Positions 53,901-64,000 of a stretch of DNA of 64,000 nt are shown here, piece after piece. Within the stretch, counting starts at the first letter, position 1. Every line of letters begins with the position of its first letter. Origin of the DNA: Balanoglossus misakiensis (taxonomy: Eukaryota; Animalia; Hemichordata); NCBI GenBank assembly GCA_040954595.2, contig CM082584.2:8943146-9007145 (forward strand), in the 5' to 3' direction. The notes beneath the pieces were generated by a model. It saw only the letters and a list, made by a program, of their open reading frames with translations, ran no database searches and had not been told where the DNA came from. A program made the position numbers and the translations under genes.

Positions 53901-55041
53901 TTGTTTTGTTCGGTTTGCTTTTCGCTTGTCTGCTTAAAGTAGACAAAAATATTAAAGAAAAATAATACAAATGAAAACTGTAAAAGGGGACAGGCAGAAT
54001 GAACCAGTATGTACTTTGATTGAAGAAAACTTGTCTCGTACATGTCATTACTTTGAAATTCGAACATTTGAAGACAGATGAAAATTCCCCGTTGAGACTT
54101 CTAAATGTTGTTTCTATAATATATACTAGTAACCAGGGATACTTACCTGTGGTAAAATGAGAGGTTTGGGGAGCTCTTTACCAGTTGTGTAAAAACGCGC
54201 AACTGCAACTCCATTTACCGTGTTTGCACACGACCAAACATCGTCATCAGTCTGGCAAGAACATCAAAAAACAAGGAATGAAAGAAAGTCATTTCTTTCT
54301 GAAAAGTAGTAATCAGCTTAAAAAAAAAGTTTTAAAATTTTCGTTTTGAGATGGGGAAGAGAATACTGAAGATAGATTTACTCCTAAGCTAAGATCTGCC
54401 ACAGAAATGTACTCACCATGAAATTGTCGTGCGAGAAACCTATGGCCACCTGTAGATCTCCCAATTCGGCTCTCAGCTTTCCGAGCAATTCAAATGTAAT
54501 CGTGTCTGTTCCTCCGACTGGTTCCCACGTGACCATGACATCACAGTCGTCCACGTCACTACAATCTGCTGGCATCTTGTAGCAACCCTTGACGGTACCA
54601 CACCCTGACGATGTCACCAATTTGGTCTAAATAAAAAGATTCGCAAGATTCTTTTTCAATATTAAACATCGTGATGTTTTGGGAGTGCCTATTGTAATTA
54701 AATAAGTTTATAATTTCTGAGATCAAACCCCGACCTCTGAATTTCCAATATTTGTGGATGAATTTCCTCAAAACAAGTAGTCACTTTTATACGACTGTCT
54801 TTCGCCGAAGATGACCAACATCATCACAGTTTCTGTATGACCGGCAGATGATGGCGCCCTCAAGCAACGAACAGTGATGTTGTCGCACTTTCCGTGCCAC
54901 TTACATCCTTAACAGAATGTTTAGTAACTGTAAGGAAACTTTACTTAACGTTGATCCCGTTATTAATCTTAACACTGCAATATTACATACCTGGGCGTTC
55001 ACCAGTCCATGTAACAACAGCAACGTTAGAATCCTCAGCAT
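50915..55041 (-). CDS. FRRS1: Ferric-chelate reductase 1-like protein (signal peptide, DOMON, cytochrome b561), copy B, 453 aa
   Basis: Exons (minus) 55041-54991, 54626-54417, 54251-54147, 53785-53614, 53417-53298, 53153-53038, 52678-52574, 52286-52189, 52004-51946, 51533-51393, 51250-51159, 51007-50915; 1362 nt in frame, same intron phases as copy A. Motifs GFSHDNFM, GKH, KCHA, MHRFLM, IHAACG, FNWAHW. Confidence 0.92.
52857..52956. repeat. 27-bp minisatellite, about 3.7 copies, in an intron of FRRS1-like copy B
   Basis: Unit CAAAATGGCCGYCGCATCAAATTTTAA starts at 52857, 52884, 52911 and 52938 (partial). Confidence 0.95.
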
Positions 55042-56718
55042 CTTGGTGATTTTTGTCTGTAGAAAGTGAACATATGGGATACGTGTGTTAGCCACTTAAT
55101 TATGCGTAATACTGTGACTCTTGGTTGGCAAATATTTGCGTCCGAACAGAAGCACAACTACGACACCATTTCACATCAGCTCCAAATAAACTCACTACAC
55201 CCAAGATTACAGCCAATTCCAGATTTCACTCTTAGGCACATTCACATATCATTGACAACACCCAAAAATGAGAACTAAACTCTAATCTTGTAGTCACAGT
55301 GGATATACATGTATATATTACTCTCATGCCATATGTGAAGAAAGTGGCACTTTTTCACTTTGTAAAATACTACCTCCTAATTTCACCGGCCCAGTTATAT
55401 AATTTTGAAAGTCTGTATTGCAAATATTAGCGAAGGTGAGAAAATATTGACATGCGCCAGAAACCCACGACAACTGTAATTGTTAACGGTTTCTGTCATA
55501 CTCAAGCCGCCCACTCAACTAACGAACAAAGTCTACGATTGAGAAGCTCGTTCGTATTGTTGCCCTAAATTTGACATAGACTGTAAAATGGTAGAGTTGA
55601 GTCCGAAACTTTATTGCCCTGTCAACAACAACGTAACGTCCTTGAATGGCTACTCGGTAAACTAAGAGAAGAATGTGGCGTATTCCCACTGCCCTGTGTT
55701 ATACAATGGGGCCCCCGGCAACAGGCACAGGGGCCTGGCCTAAACCAGTACACCGTGGCCAATGTCAGGTCCCAGGAGGATGATCGGACATTGCAATTGA
55801 GTTTGCCCCGAATACCACAGCCAAGTACTACCGTTGTCATTTTAGCGTATACTTAAATTTAAGTGGTGTGACAGGGATATGGCGCATAGCCAACTGGTGT
55901 CGCCACGCTTAATGCTATAAATAAACCGGGATATGTTATATTTATACAACTATATAATTATTGCTGGAATACTAGGTTTATCGCAGTCTTTAAAATATCG
56001 CATCACGGACTTCTTGACAGACACGGGGACATATACCGGTGTGAGATCATTTTGCGCTATGCGCGAAAGTTTATAGAGAGTGTTTCATACTACCTCTATG
56101 GCCTAGCCCGAGGCAGTAACCTAATCTCTGTTGTCGAGCACAAGACAACGTAAAGTTTTCTTCCAAGGAAAGAAGTCTTCATTGCTTCGTTCCCATGGGG
56201 CTTAACGACTCTCACTAGTTGAGTAGCCTTGTGTCTGATGCCATGTTTGTCGCGAATTCAATCGCGTCGAAAGCATTTAGTGTAGACAATCACCGTTTCA
56301 AGAAGCTTTGAGGGCATTAGCCTGCATTGGAATATCAAGGCAATTAAAACCTTACGACAAAAAAGCGATCTACAATTCACTCGTGTATTTTCCGACACAA
56401 TGACTCGGCAAAACCAGTACAACTTGAAGGCGCGTCTCTATGAAGTCGGTCGACTGTCTCTCCGCCGAATGCAACTCAAAAATCCTGGACAATTCAGTCA
56501 CGCTGTTGTTTTTTGCAAATCACTTACAAGACACGCAAGGGTCACAGTGGTAGCACAATGAGATGACGTCAGCGCAATGTTGGGGCTAAAAGGAGAGTAA
56601 ATAAAGGGCAACGCCTTGGATATATCGTGACCCACCACTAAGGCAGCTGTACTCGAGACTTCAATGATAGCCTCATTATTGGGTACTTCGAGATCATGAT
56701 TCACCACTCCAACATTCC

Positions 56719-56883
<165 letters not shown>

Positions 56884-58689
56884 CGTTGATAGTGACGACC
56901 ACTCGTCAATAACGCATGCGGAAAATTCAAAGAGTATATAGAAGTATTTGGGTGCGCGATTCACATGTACAGCTACGTTCTAAGGTCGACCGAGATCTTG
57001 TATCCCGAGATTCATTGCAACGAAAAGGAAAAATTCAATAGCCTAACGAATTTCAGTAGTCGCATTCTTTTTATTGGGCAGAAAGGGGATTGCTGAATCA
57101 CTCACCGCGAACACATTCAAGGAGAATGTCAAACAATGGGTTCACCCTGTACCATTGTACTCACTCAAGCGTACTACTTTTACTCACGGACACTGAAGTA
57201 TGAAATTTCGTTTAACCTTATGGTTTTATTTAATTATTTCTACGGAGATCACTCTCCGACTTCCTGATAACTGAATATCGTGACAGTTAATTACTTATGT
57301 CATGTATGAAATGGTATACTTTTTTGGGATGTTTTCTACTATATTGCTACCCATGAGCGCCGTAACGGTCAAAAACGGTGTGAAGTCGCCGGTGAAATGA
57401 ATTTTCAATACCACAGTGGAATCCAGCAACTAGAACACACTTCGAACTAAATTTGTTAACGTTGCAGCTCATTGTGTGGGTTAGTTTCTTACCTCTTAAC
57501 TGTTACGACGAAAATAGCTTGAGTTGGTGAAAATGAGAGTTGATGGTCTCTTCGGCTAAGAGCTCCCGATGACAGTGAGTTACAGGTACTGTACCGCAAA
57601 GGTGTGAGTTGTCCGGGCTAAACTTCTCAGGTTATTCGTCAGTAACGAATTTTCTCAATGCTGCTCGGAAATCACCAGTTTAAGAACACATGCAGGATTA
57701 CAGGTACACGATGTACTCACAGGGGCACCAGTGAAACTATATTGCGCTACCGATAGGCCTGTACTAGGGTGTGTTAGCAACCGGTGCTTGAATCTACCAG
57801 TGAAAGTGCCATCCGTATGTAGGCGTGTCCACAATAGATGGGGTTGGCCGAAGCGGGCGTTTCAACCAGTTCACACGACCTGTGCGCCTTTGTACTTGAT
57901 CTGTATGTCAGTTTACCGTCCCTCGATTGAAACTATTGAAGGTCAACAGCTCAACACTAATGCCCGACCCGGTCATGCAGTTTCTTTTCTCCATCAACCA
58001 TAGACACTCGGAGAATCATTCTCTGTATTTATATGCTCCCTATGTGTATGCGTCACTCTTTGGGTACTAAGTATACAGGTGTGTTTTATTAATTAATTTC
58101 AAAGTTTTCTACACAAGTACAGGACTTTGAAAGATCTCGACTCGACTCTACCCTGGTTTATCACTGTAGAGAGTGGAATGGTCCGGGTGTGTCTTATACA
58201 CTTATTATAGTTATATGGCCTTGCACAAATAGGAACTAAGTATTTGCACAATATACTATTCCACACAAGCATCCTACTGCATAAACCCTGAGCCCTTTCA
58301 CAGGACTATCTTCTGTCAGAGTTCACAAGTGAGGAAAATGCCTTGGTCATTGACAAGTTTGAATGTATGGTCACTCTTTTAAGTTTTCGATTGACCACTC
58401 GTGTCACAGTTAAAAAGTTACTCAAGCGTTTCTAACTTGAGATGTCATCCTAAACTTCCTGTCCGCATTTGCAATTCTCAGAAGCGCACTTGCTTAGGAA
58501 CCATTCAGAGATGTGCTGACGTCAGCATCTTGCAACACCGCTTTCATCTATATAGTGCGCCATCAACGATGGAAAGGTCAACGCTTAGGGTCAGCTGTGA
58601 GAGTGATTATATACATCAACAACAGCGAAACAGTGCTGCGTGACACAGCAATCGGCAACCACTTCAAGGCGAAAGTATTGGCCAAAACC

Positions 58690-58787
58690 AAGCCGAATAT
58701 GAGCTAGTGGTATTAGACTTTGCGACAAGTCGAAGTAAGCAAATCTCTCGCAAGAATCGTGGGGTTTTAATCTTCCAGCTCGAGCAG
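58690..58787 (+). other. Candidate non-coding first exon of the ABCA gene (start position approximate)
   Basis: Consensus donor CAG|GTAAGT at 58787/58788. Acceptor tttcag| at 60126 precedes the ATG exon. A TATA-like tract (about 58549-58556) and a CRE TGACGTCA (58517) lie upstream. Confidence 0.4.
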
Positions 58788-60263
58788 GTAAGTGTGTAAG
58801 TTACCAAGTCAATCGCGTGTGCAGTATATACACGTATGCTATTGTCAGTGAAATGGGACTTTGTGCTTTTCGGCACGGTGCATTTTACTCTTTTTTTAAT
58901 CCCTGGGCTGGATTCGTCACCCGATCCACGTTTGCATGTAATATGCGTTTTCATACACGTACACTGATTACGGTAACCATGGTAACGGGTTGTAACAACG
59001 GGACGGAATCAGCTGGTCTAGCTTTCAGTTTCCCTGAAAGTTTTTAAGAGGTTGATGCCACATTTGACATTCACCCCTTATCAACTTACCTAGTCAGTAA
59101 GCACTAATATTGAGAAGGGATTTGGACTCTAGTCTTGGTTGCAAAAGTTACTGCAATTTGCCTACATGGCGAAAAGCAAGTGTACATTGCTGCAGGCAGA
59201 TTATTATATCTAAGAAAAATTTCTATTGCATCGCAAATAGCTGTAAGTGTAATTTAAGACACATTTGGGACACGATATCACTACCAGACAGGGTCACTGA
59301 CCGTGGACATGACGTAGTGTGAGATCTCATACCATCCTGGCGGTATGTCCATTTGTGTCCGCATCGCTGTGCCAAATCTAAAACTGGATACTGAATTGCA
59401 AATAGTTATCCTGTCTCCCTGTGATTCTCCACATACAAAATGCCCGCATGAATTTTAGTTCCACAGTAAAAACACTAATAGATTCTTGTCACTGACTCTG
59501 AGTAAAGAAATATGTATACTTTGTGAACCATTTTGAATCATTTTTGCAATCATGGTCTACCACCAGCACCCAGATGGACAAAAATGGCAAAGTACCACGA
59601 TTAAAGACATGCAGTTTGAGTCAAGTGTCCATTGCGGAACTATATTTAGCAATGTTGCGTAACACAGAAGACAGGAAATGTAGCACTTCATAAAAACTGA
59701 AGTGGTGGCTCAGTGACAGTTCCCTTGCCAACTGTACTATACAGTCAGTGGTGTCATATAAGCTGGGAAGAGATAAAAAGATATCTGCTGCTGGAATTCA
59801 AATTATAACATATTTTGATAATGATCGATAATTTTTTAATTATGTAAACTGTGTACATGTATTAGGATAGAAACTTGTGGAGACTTACTTTCGATTCAGA
59901 TGAAAATGCTGCATTAGTTTACTTCAAAGTAAAATTTAGAAGATACAGACTGGTTTTTATGTTTCTGGGTATATTTAAGGTTATGAATTGGCCTCCATTT
60001 TGGTTATGAGTTGGCAAGAAAGAACATGTAGTAAATCATAACAAAAATGATTTCATGACACAATGATTTATTTTCAAATCAATCTATGTATAATAAATTA
60101 TGCATTTTTTTCTGTTCACATTTCAGATATGGACACACCACAGTGACACATCACACCAATACATTGCTCGCCACGTTGTCGTGGAAACATCTAAGAGTCG
60201 ATAACCAAGACAAGCGTCTCGAGATTTTTTGTGTGGGATCAACCGACTCCTCCAACAGACAAC

Positions 60264-63200
60264 ATGGAGTTCTTCACTCAGCTGTATCTACTGTCTTGGA
60301 AGAACTTCACCCTCCGTCGTCGTCACAAGGTGAGACCGATGTCTAGATTTGAAAAGTCAATTAACCCTTTCACCACAATGTTTCAGTCCGAACCCATAGT
60401 TTTCTATGGTAAGGTTGGACCTCTAAATAGGGAACTGGGGGTGAAAGCCTTTGTGTGACCTATACTTTTCATTTTTGACCAGACAGTGTAGGCAAATAAA
60501 ACAGACGATGATGGCAAATACATATATATCCTTAGTTTTGTACTGTGTGTTTAGTCCCCATAACTGTGACATGTAGTACATGATTTATGGACGTGAACAT
60601 TCTACTATATCACAATTTATTGCCGCCTTTGTCATTCCACATCTCAGGACAAAAACACACCTGTTTGCACTTCACGTTTACGTATTAGTCAAGACATGAA
60701 ATGTTCCTTGTGGAGACTTCAAAACTTGCTCTTCTAAAACTACATACACACCTCAATTTTTTTTTTACCTGCAGCTATGCAAAACTTGTCAAATGCCGAC
60801 CAGTGTATATTTGATGCATTGACAAGCCAAATACACTGTGCGTCAGCCATAGCAACGCGCACTATTATTACTCATACATATTAATCATATGGAGTATCAT
60901 AATTTAGCCTGTATTTGTGTGGTTTATGATTTTGTATGAGTGACAAGGCGTTTAAACTGACTACGTCTGTTTATCTAGTGAGGAAGGTCTTTTTACATGA
61001 CCTGGCCACAGTTGACTGCTTTCAAAGGTTTTCACTGTGGCGACATTTTAAGCCGGAGGGATGACAATATTGTAACCAGAGTTGAAATAGTTTCATTGCC
61101 ACCTGATCGCAGCAGGGCACAGCTGCAACTTGAAGAAAACGCACCACCACAGATCATAATTACATCACAAATGTTGTGTAATTATCTCTGAATTGCTGTT
61201 ACATCTCTCTATATCTACGACATAATGTGTCTGCATGTTCTCATTATCAAGATTGGCTGAATAATTCAGACTTCTGTAAATTAAACATATAAAAAAAAAA
61301 TTAATGTTAAAATTCAGGAAATACATGTATATTGTTTTGCAGGAGATTCTTTTTCCGATGATGTTGTATTTCTCGTATAATATTTCATTGATGGTCATTC
61401 GTTCTGTTTCTGTTGGTTTCTTTTCAGCTTCGTCAATGTATAGAAATATTCTGGCCATTAATTATTTTTCTAATTTTGGTCTGGGTTCGTGGAAGAAAAC
61501 CACCAGAACATGCACATGAATGTAAGTATGAAGAGGAAATGTTCTAGTTACTCTTTTAGTATACTTGTGAAGGCAGAAAAGCTTCATAACCTGACTTGAC
61601 AAACCCAAGTGAAATGGCAATCTGATGAATATCCACTTTGACTTGATTACCGACTTTGTTTTATGTCGCAGGTCATTTCAATGGAAAAGCCATGCCTTCA
61701 GCCGGATTGCTCCCGTTTTTCCAATCCCTGATGTGCTACAGTGAGAATAAATGCCATCGATTTCCAGTTACAAGTGAAACAGCTGGAATAGTGGATTCAT
61801 TCAACAGTTCTGGGTAAGTGGGATCCAGTTGTTTCCTATTGAAATCTGGAAAACGTCAAAATCCATTACAAGTCAAAAATAACCAAAAAGCAGTTACTTT
61901 TGTAATAGGAAGTAACATATGGAAATGCAGACTCAGGTTGTTCTCTTCAGAAATTTTCAACAGAATCACTGCAATTTTAAATTTACCCCTGTTTTTTCCC
62001 CAATGCAGGTTGTCTGAGTTCTATGAGACACTTCAGACTATCGTGTCGAACGAAACTCTGATGATGGAGTTGGTTTCTCTGTGGAACATGACACAGCCAT
62101 TACCAGGTAAAACAGGTTTTTAAACCGACACCCTTGACTTGTTTCTGTTTGGCACTCTATGATTGTCATTTTGTATAATTCAATATGGCTGCAGTATGTG
62201 CATGTAATCTCTTATGTTACAAACTTTTATGTGGTTTAATTTCAGACAATTTTCCACTGTCCAGCATTCTGACGGATCCGGAAAAGCTGAAGCAGGTTCA
62301 GTTGAGTCCTGATGTCATGGACGCCATCGGAGATGCAGATTTGACACCAGAGAAGGTAAGTACAGTAAAATCTGTCTAAACCAAAAATCTATGTAGAAGT
62401 CTTCAAGGTGTACTGAAGACTTCACCCTTGCCTAGAAACGGGTCAGTGGTCTTTTGACAAAAATAATATATTTAAAACAATGTTTTTCCGCATAGTATTC
62501 AGATTATTGAGACTTGATGGATCACTTGAGACGGTTTCTTTTGTACGCACGACGTCATTCTCTCCACTGTACCACTGTATTGATTTTTAGGCTACACAGT
62601 CGTGCATGACCTACTTCAAAAATATCTCTGCAGGTGACTTGGTTCCATTTCACGAATAGGCCTGACTCAGTGTCTCCTGATCTTTTTCACCTTTGAACTG
62701 TGAACTTTTTTGGCATTCTGTTTCGCTCTCCTGCTGCCAGAGTATAAAGTGATGCTGGACAAGTCAGAGTTGAAGTTATTGGAATCACTTAATAATTTCC
62801 AGAAGCTTTCTGTGAATAAATGGTATCTGTAATTTGATATCAAAGGAAAATATCAACCATATATTTTGATGGTTTTCTTGGGATATTGTTTGGATTGGTT
62901 TTGTTGCACATCAAAAAGTTGTGAAATTCTATCTTTTGCATCACCCGTCTCTTACAGTTCGAGGAAATCCTCGGGGATCAAGACTGGCGGAGTGCCCTCT
63001 GTGGGGACACCTCTACACTGCGGGACCTGCTGGGCATCGACAATGACGCGTTGCTACGGGAGACACAGCATGAACTCTGTGACCTGAACATGTTTGATAT
63101 GCTGATTGTTCTGATGAAACTGCAGGGACTCAATAATCAAGAAACATACGACAAAATTGTGAGTTGAGATATTTTATCTGTGCTCCTTACACTCATTCCA

Positions 63201-63972
63201 TTGTGATTATTATTTTTTTATCTTGAGGTGATGGAGATAATTATGACTTACTGCATACTATTTTTTAATTCTGACATGTTAATCATGATTCAGGCAGTAC
63301 TGGTAACTTTCACTTTATTTTTACTTTACAGTTATCAGCCATCAATGGCAACGCTGACTGGGGAGACACAATTTCATCAATAACAGGTGAGTGCACCACT
63401 ACTTGATAAAGCAAAGTTTACCACAACCTGTATTGGTGGCATTACAAGATAATACATGTATAATTTATTTATTGTTTTCATTTTTAGATGGTCTGCCACT
63501 GTCTGATCTTCTGTCGGACACAGATGCAGTACGAGAATTCTTGGAACAGAACATCAGTCTGGCTGAAAACGTCACAGATCTTCTCTTGAATAGTCCCCTG
63601 ACACCAGAACAGGTAAATAAAACAGTTCTTTTTTTTAAACATTGTTAAATTGTCAAGCCCCTGAACTCACCAATCCCCCATCTCTATGTCAAATTGTTCA
63701 AACTTTTGTACTAAAACAAGAGATGTAATGTTTGGTTTCTGCAAATGAAAATTTGACTTTTCACTCACTTTTTTTTATCTCATGTGCAGCTGCAGTCTCT
63801 AGTTGCGCAGGACAACTTGAGGGAAACTGTCTGTAACACAACATCGCTCGGTCAGTACTTGGATACCGATGACCCAGACACCTTGGACGAACTCAGCGAT
63901 CAGCTCTGTCAATTGTCAGACAAACAGCTGCAAGAAGTCGCTGATGAGCTCGCGGGTCATATCAAGAACCAG
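60264..63972 (+). CDS. ABCA1: ABC transporter subfamily A, ABCA1/4/7-like lipid exporter; 5' part only, continues past the window
   Basis: Exons 60264-60329, 61428-61521, 61672-61813, 62009-62106, 62246-62355, 62958-63158, 63332-63386, 63488-63612, 63790-63972. Protein starts MEFFTQLYLLSWKNFTLRRRHKLRQCIEIFWPLIIFLILVWVR...[24 protein letters not shown]. The first three coding exons (66/94/142 nt) match the human ABCA1/ABCA4 boundaries c.66, c.160, c.302. The exact orthologue is not resolved. Confidence 0.92.
60361..60450. mobile_element. Short non-autonomous TIR element (piggyBac-like MITE), copy 2
   Basis: TTAACCCTTTCACCACAATG...GGGGTGAAAGCC. Shares the internal motifs (gtcc.aaccc, tttctatg, ttgga.ctcta) of copy 1; the right end is degenerate. 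Confidence 0.6.
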
Positions 63973-64000
63973 GTAGGGTGACCAATTGGTTGCTTTTTCA

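Overview
AT-rich, intron-containing animal DNA, not prokaryotic. Gene content and style suggest a marine invertebrate, possibly a non-vertebrate deuterostome; the taxon is an inference. Splicing ORF fragments by hand at GT..AG sites gives seven genes with consistent reading frames. (1) POMGNT1 (+, 16 coding exons, 654 aa, 12.9-kb first coding intron). (2) A GADD45 family gene (-, 4 coding exons, 170 aa), mostly invisible in the ORF track. (3) A signal peptide-CUB-LDLa-TM single-pass protein (-, 320 aa). (4) A classical SDR resembling bacterial-type D-3-hydroxybutyrate dehydrogenase (-, 265 aa). (5,6) Two tandem 12-exon DOMON + cytochrome b561 FRRS1-like genes lacking a Reeler domain (-, 453 aa each). 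(7) The 5' part of an ABCA1/4/7-like transporter (+, runs off the window). The main leads are an exon-level tandem duplication inside the ABCA extracellular domain, an HBDH-like enzyme whose substrate-binding residues are all replaced, uneven divergence of the two FRRS1-like copies, a 3'UTR intron and stress-response motifs at GADD45, two long intergenic hairpins, and linkage matching the human 1p/9q/19p paralogous regions. I found no CRISPR array, tRNA/rRNA gene or intact transposon. I cannot claim a wholly new system from sequence alone.
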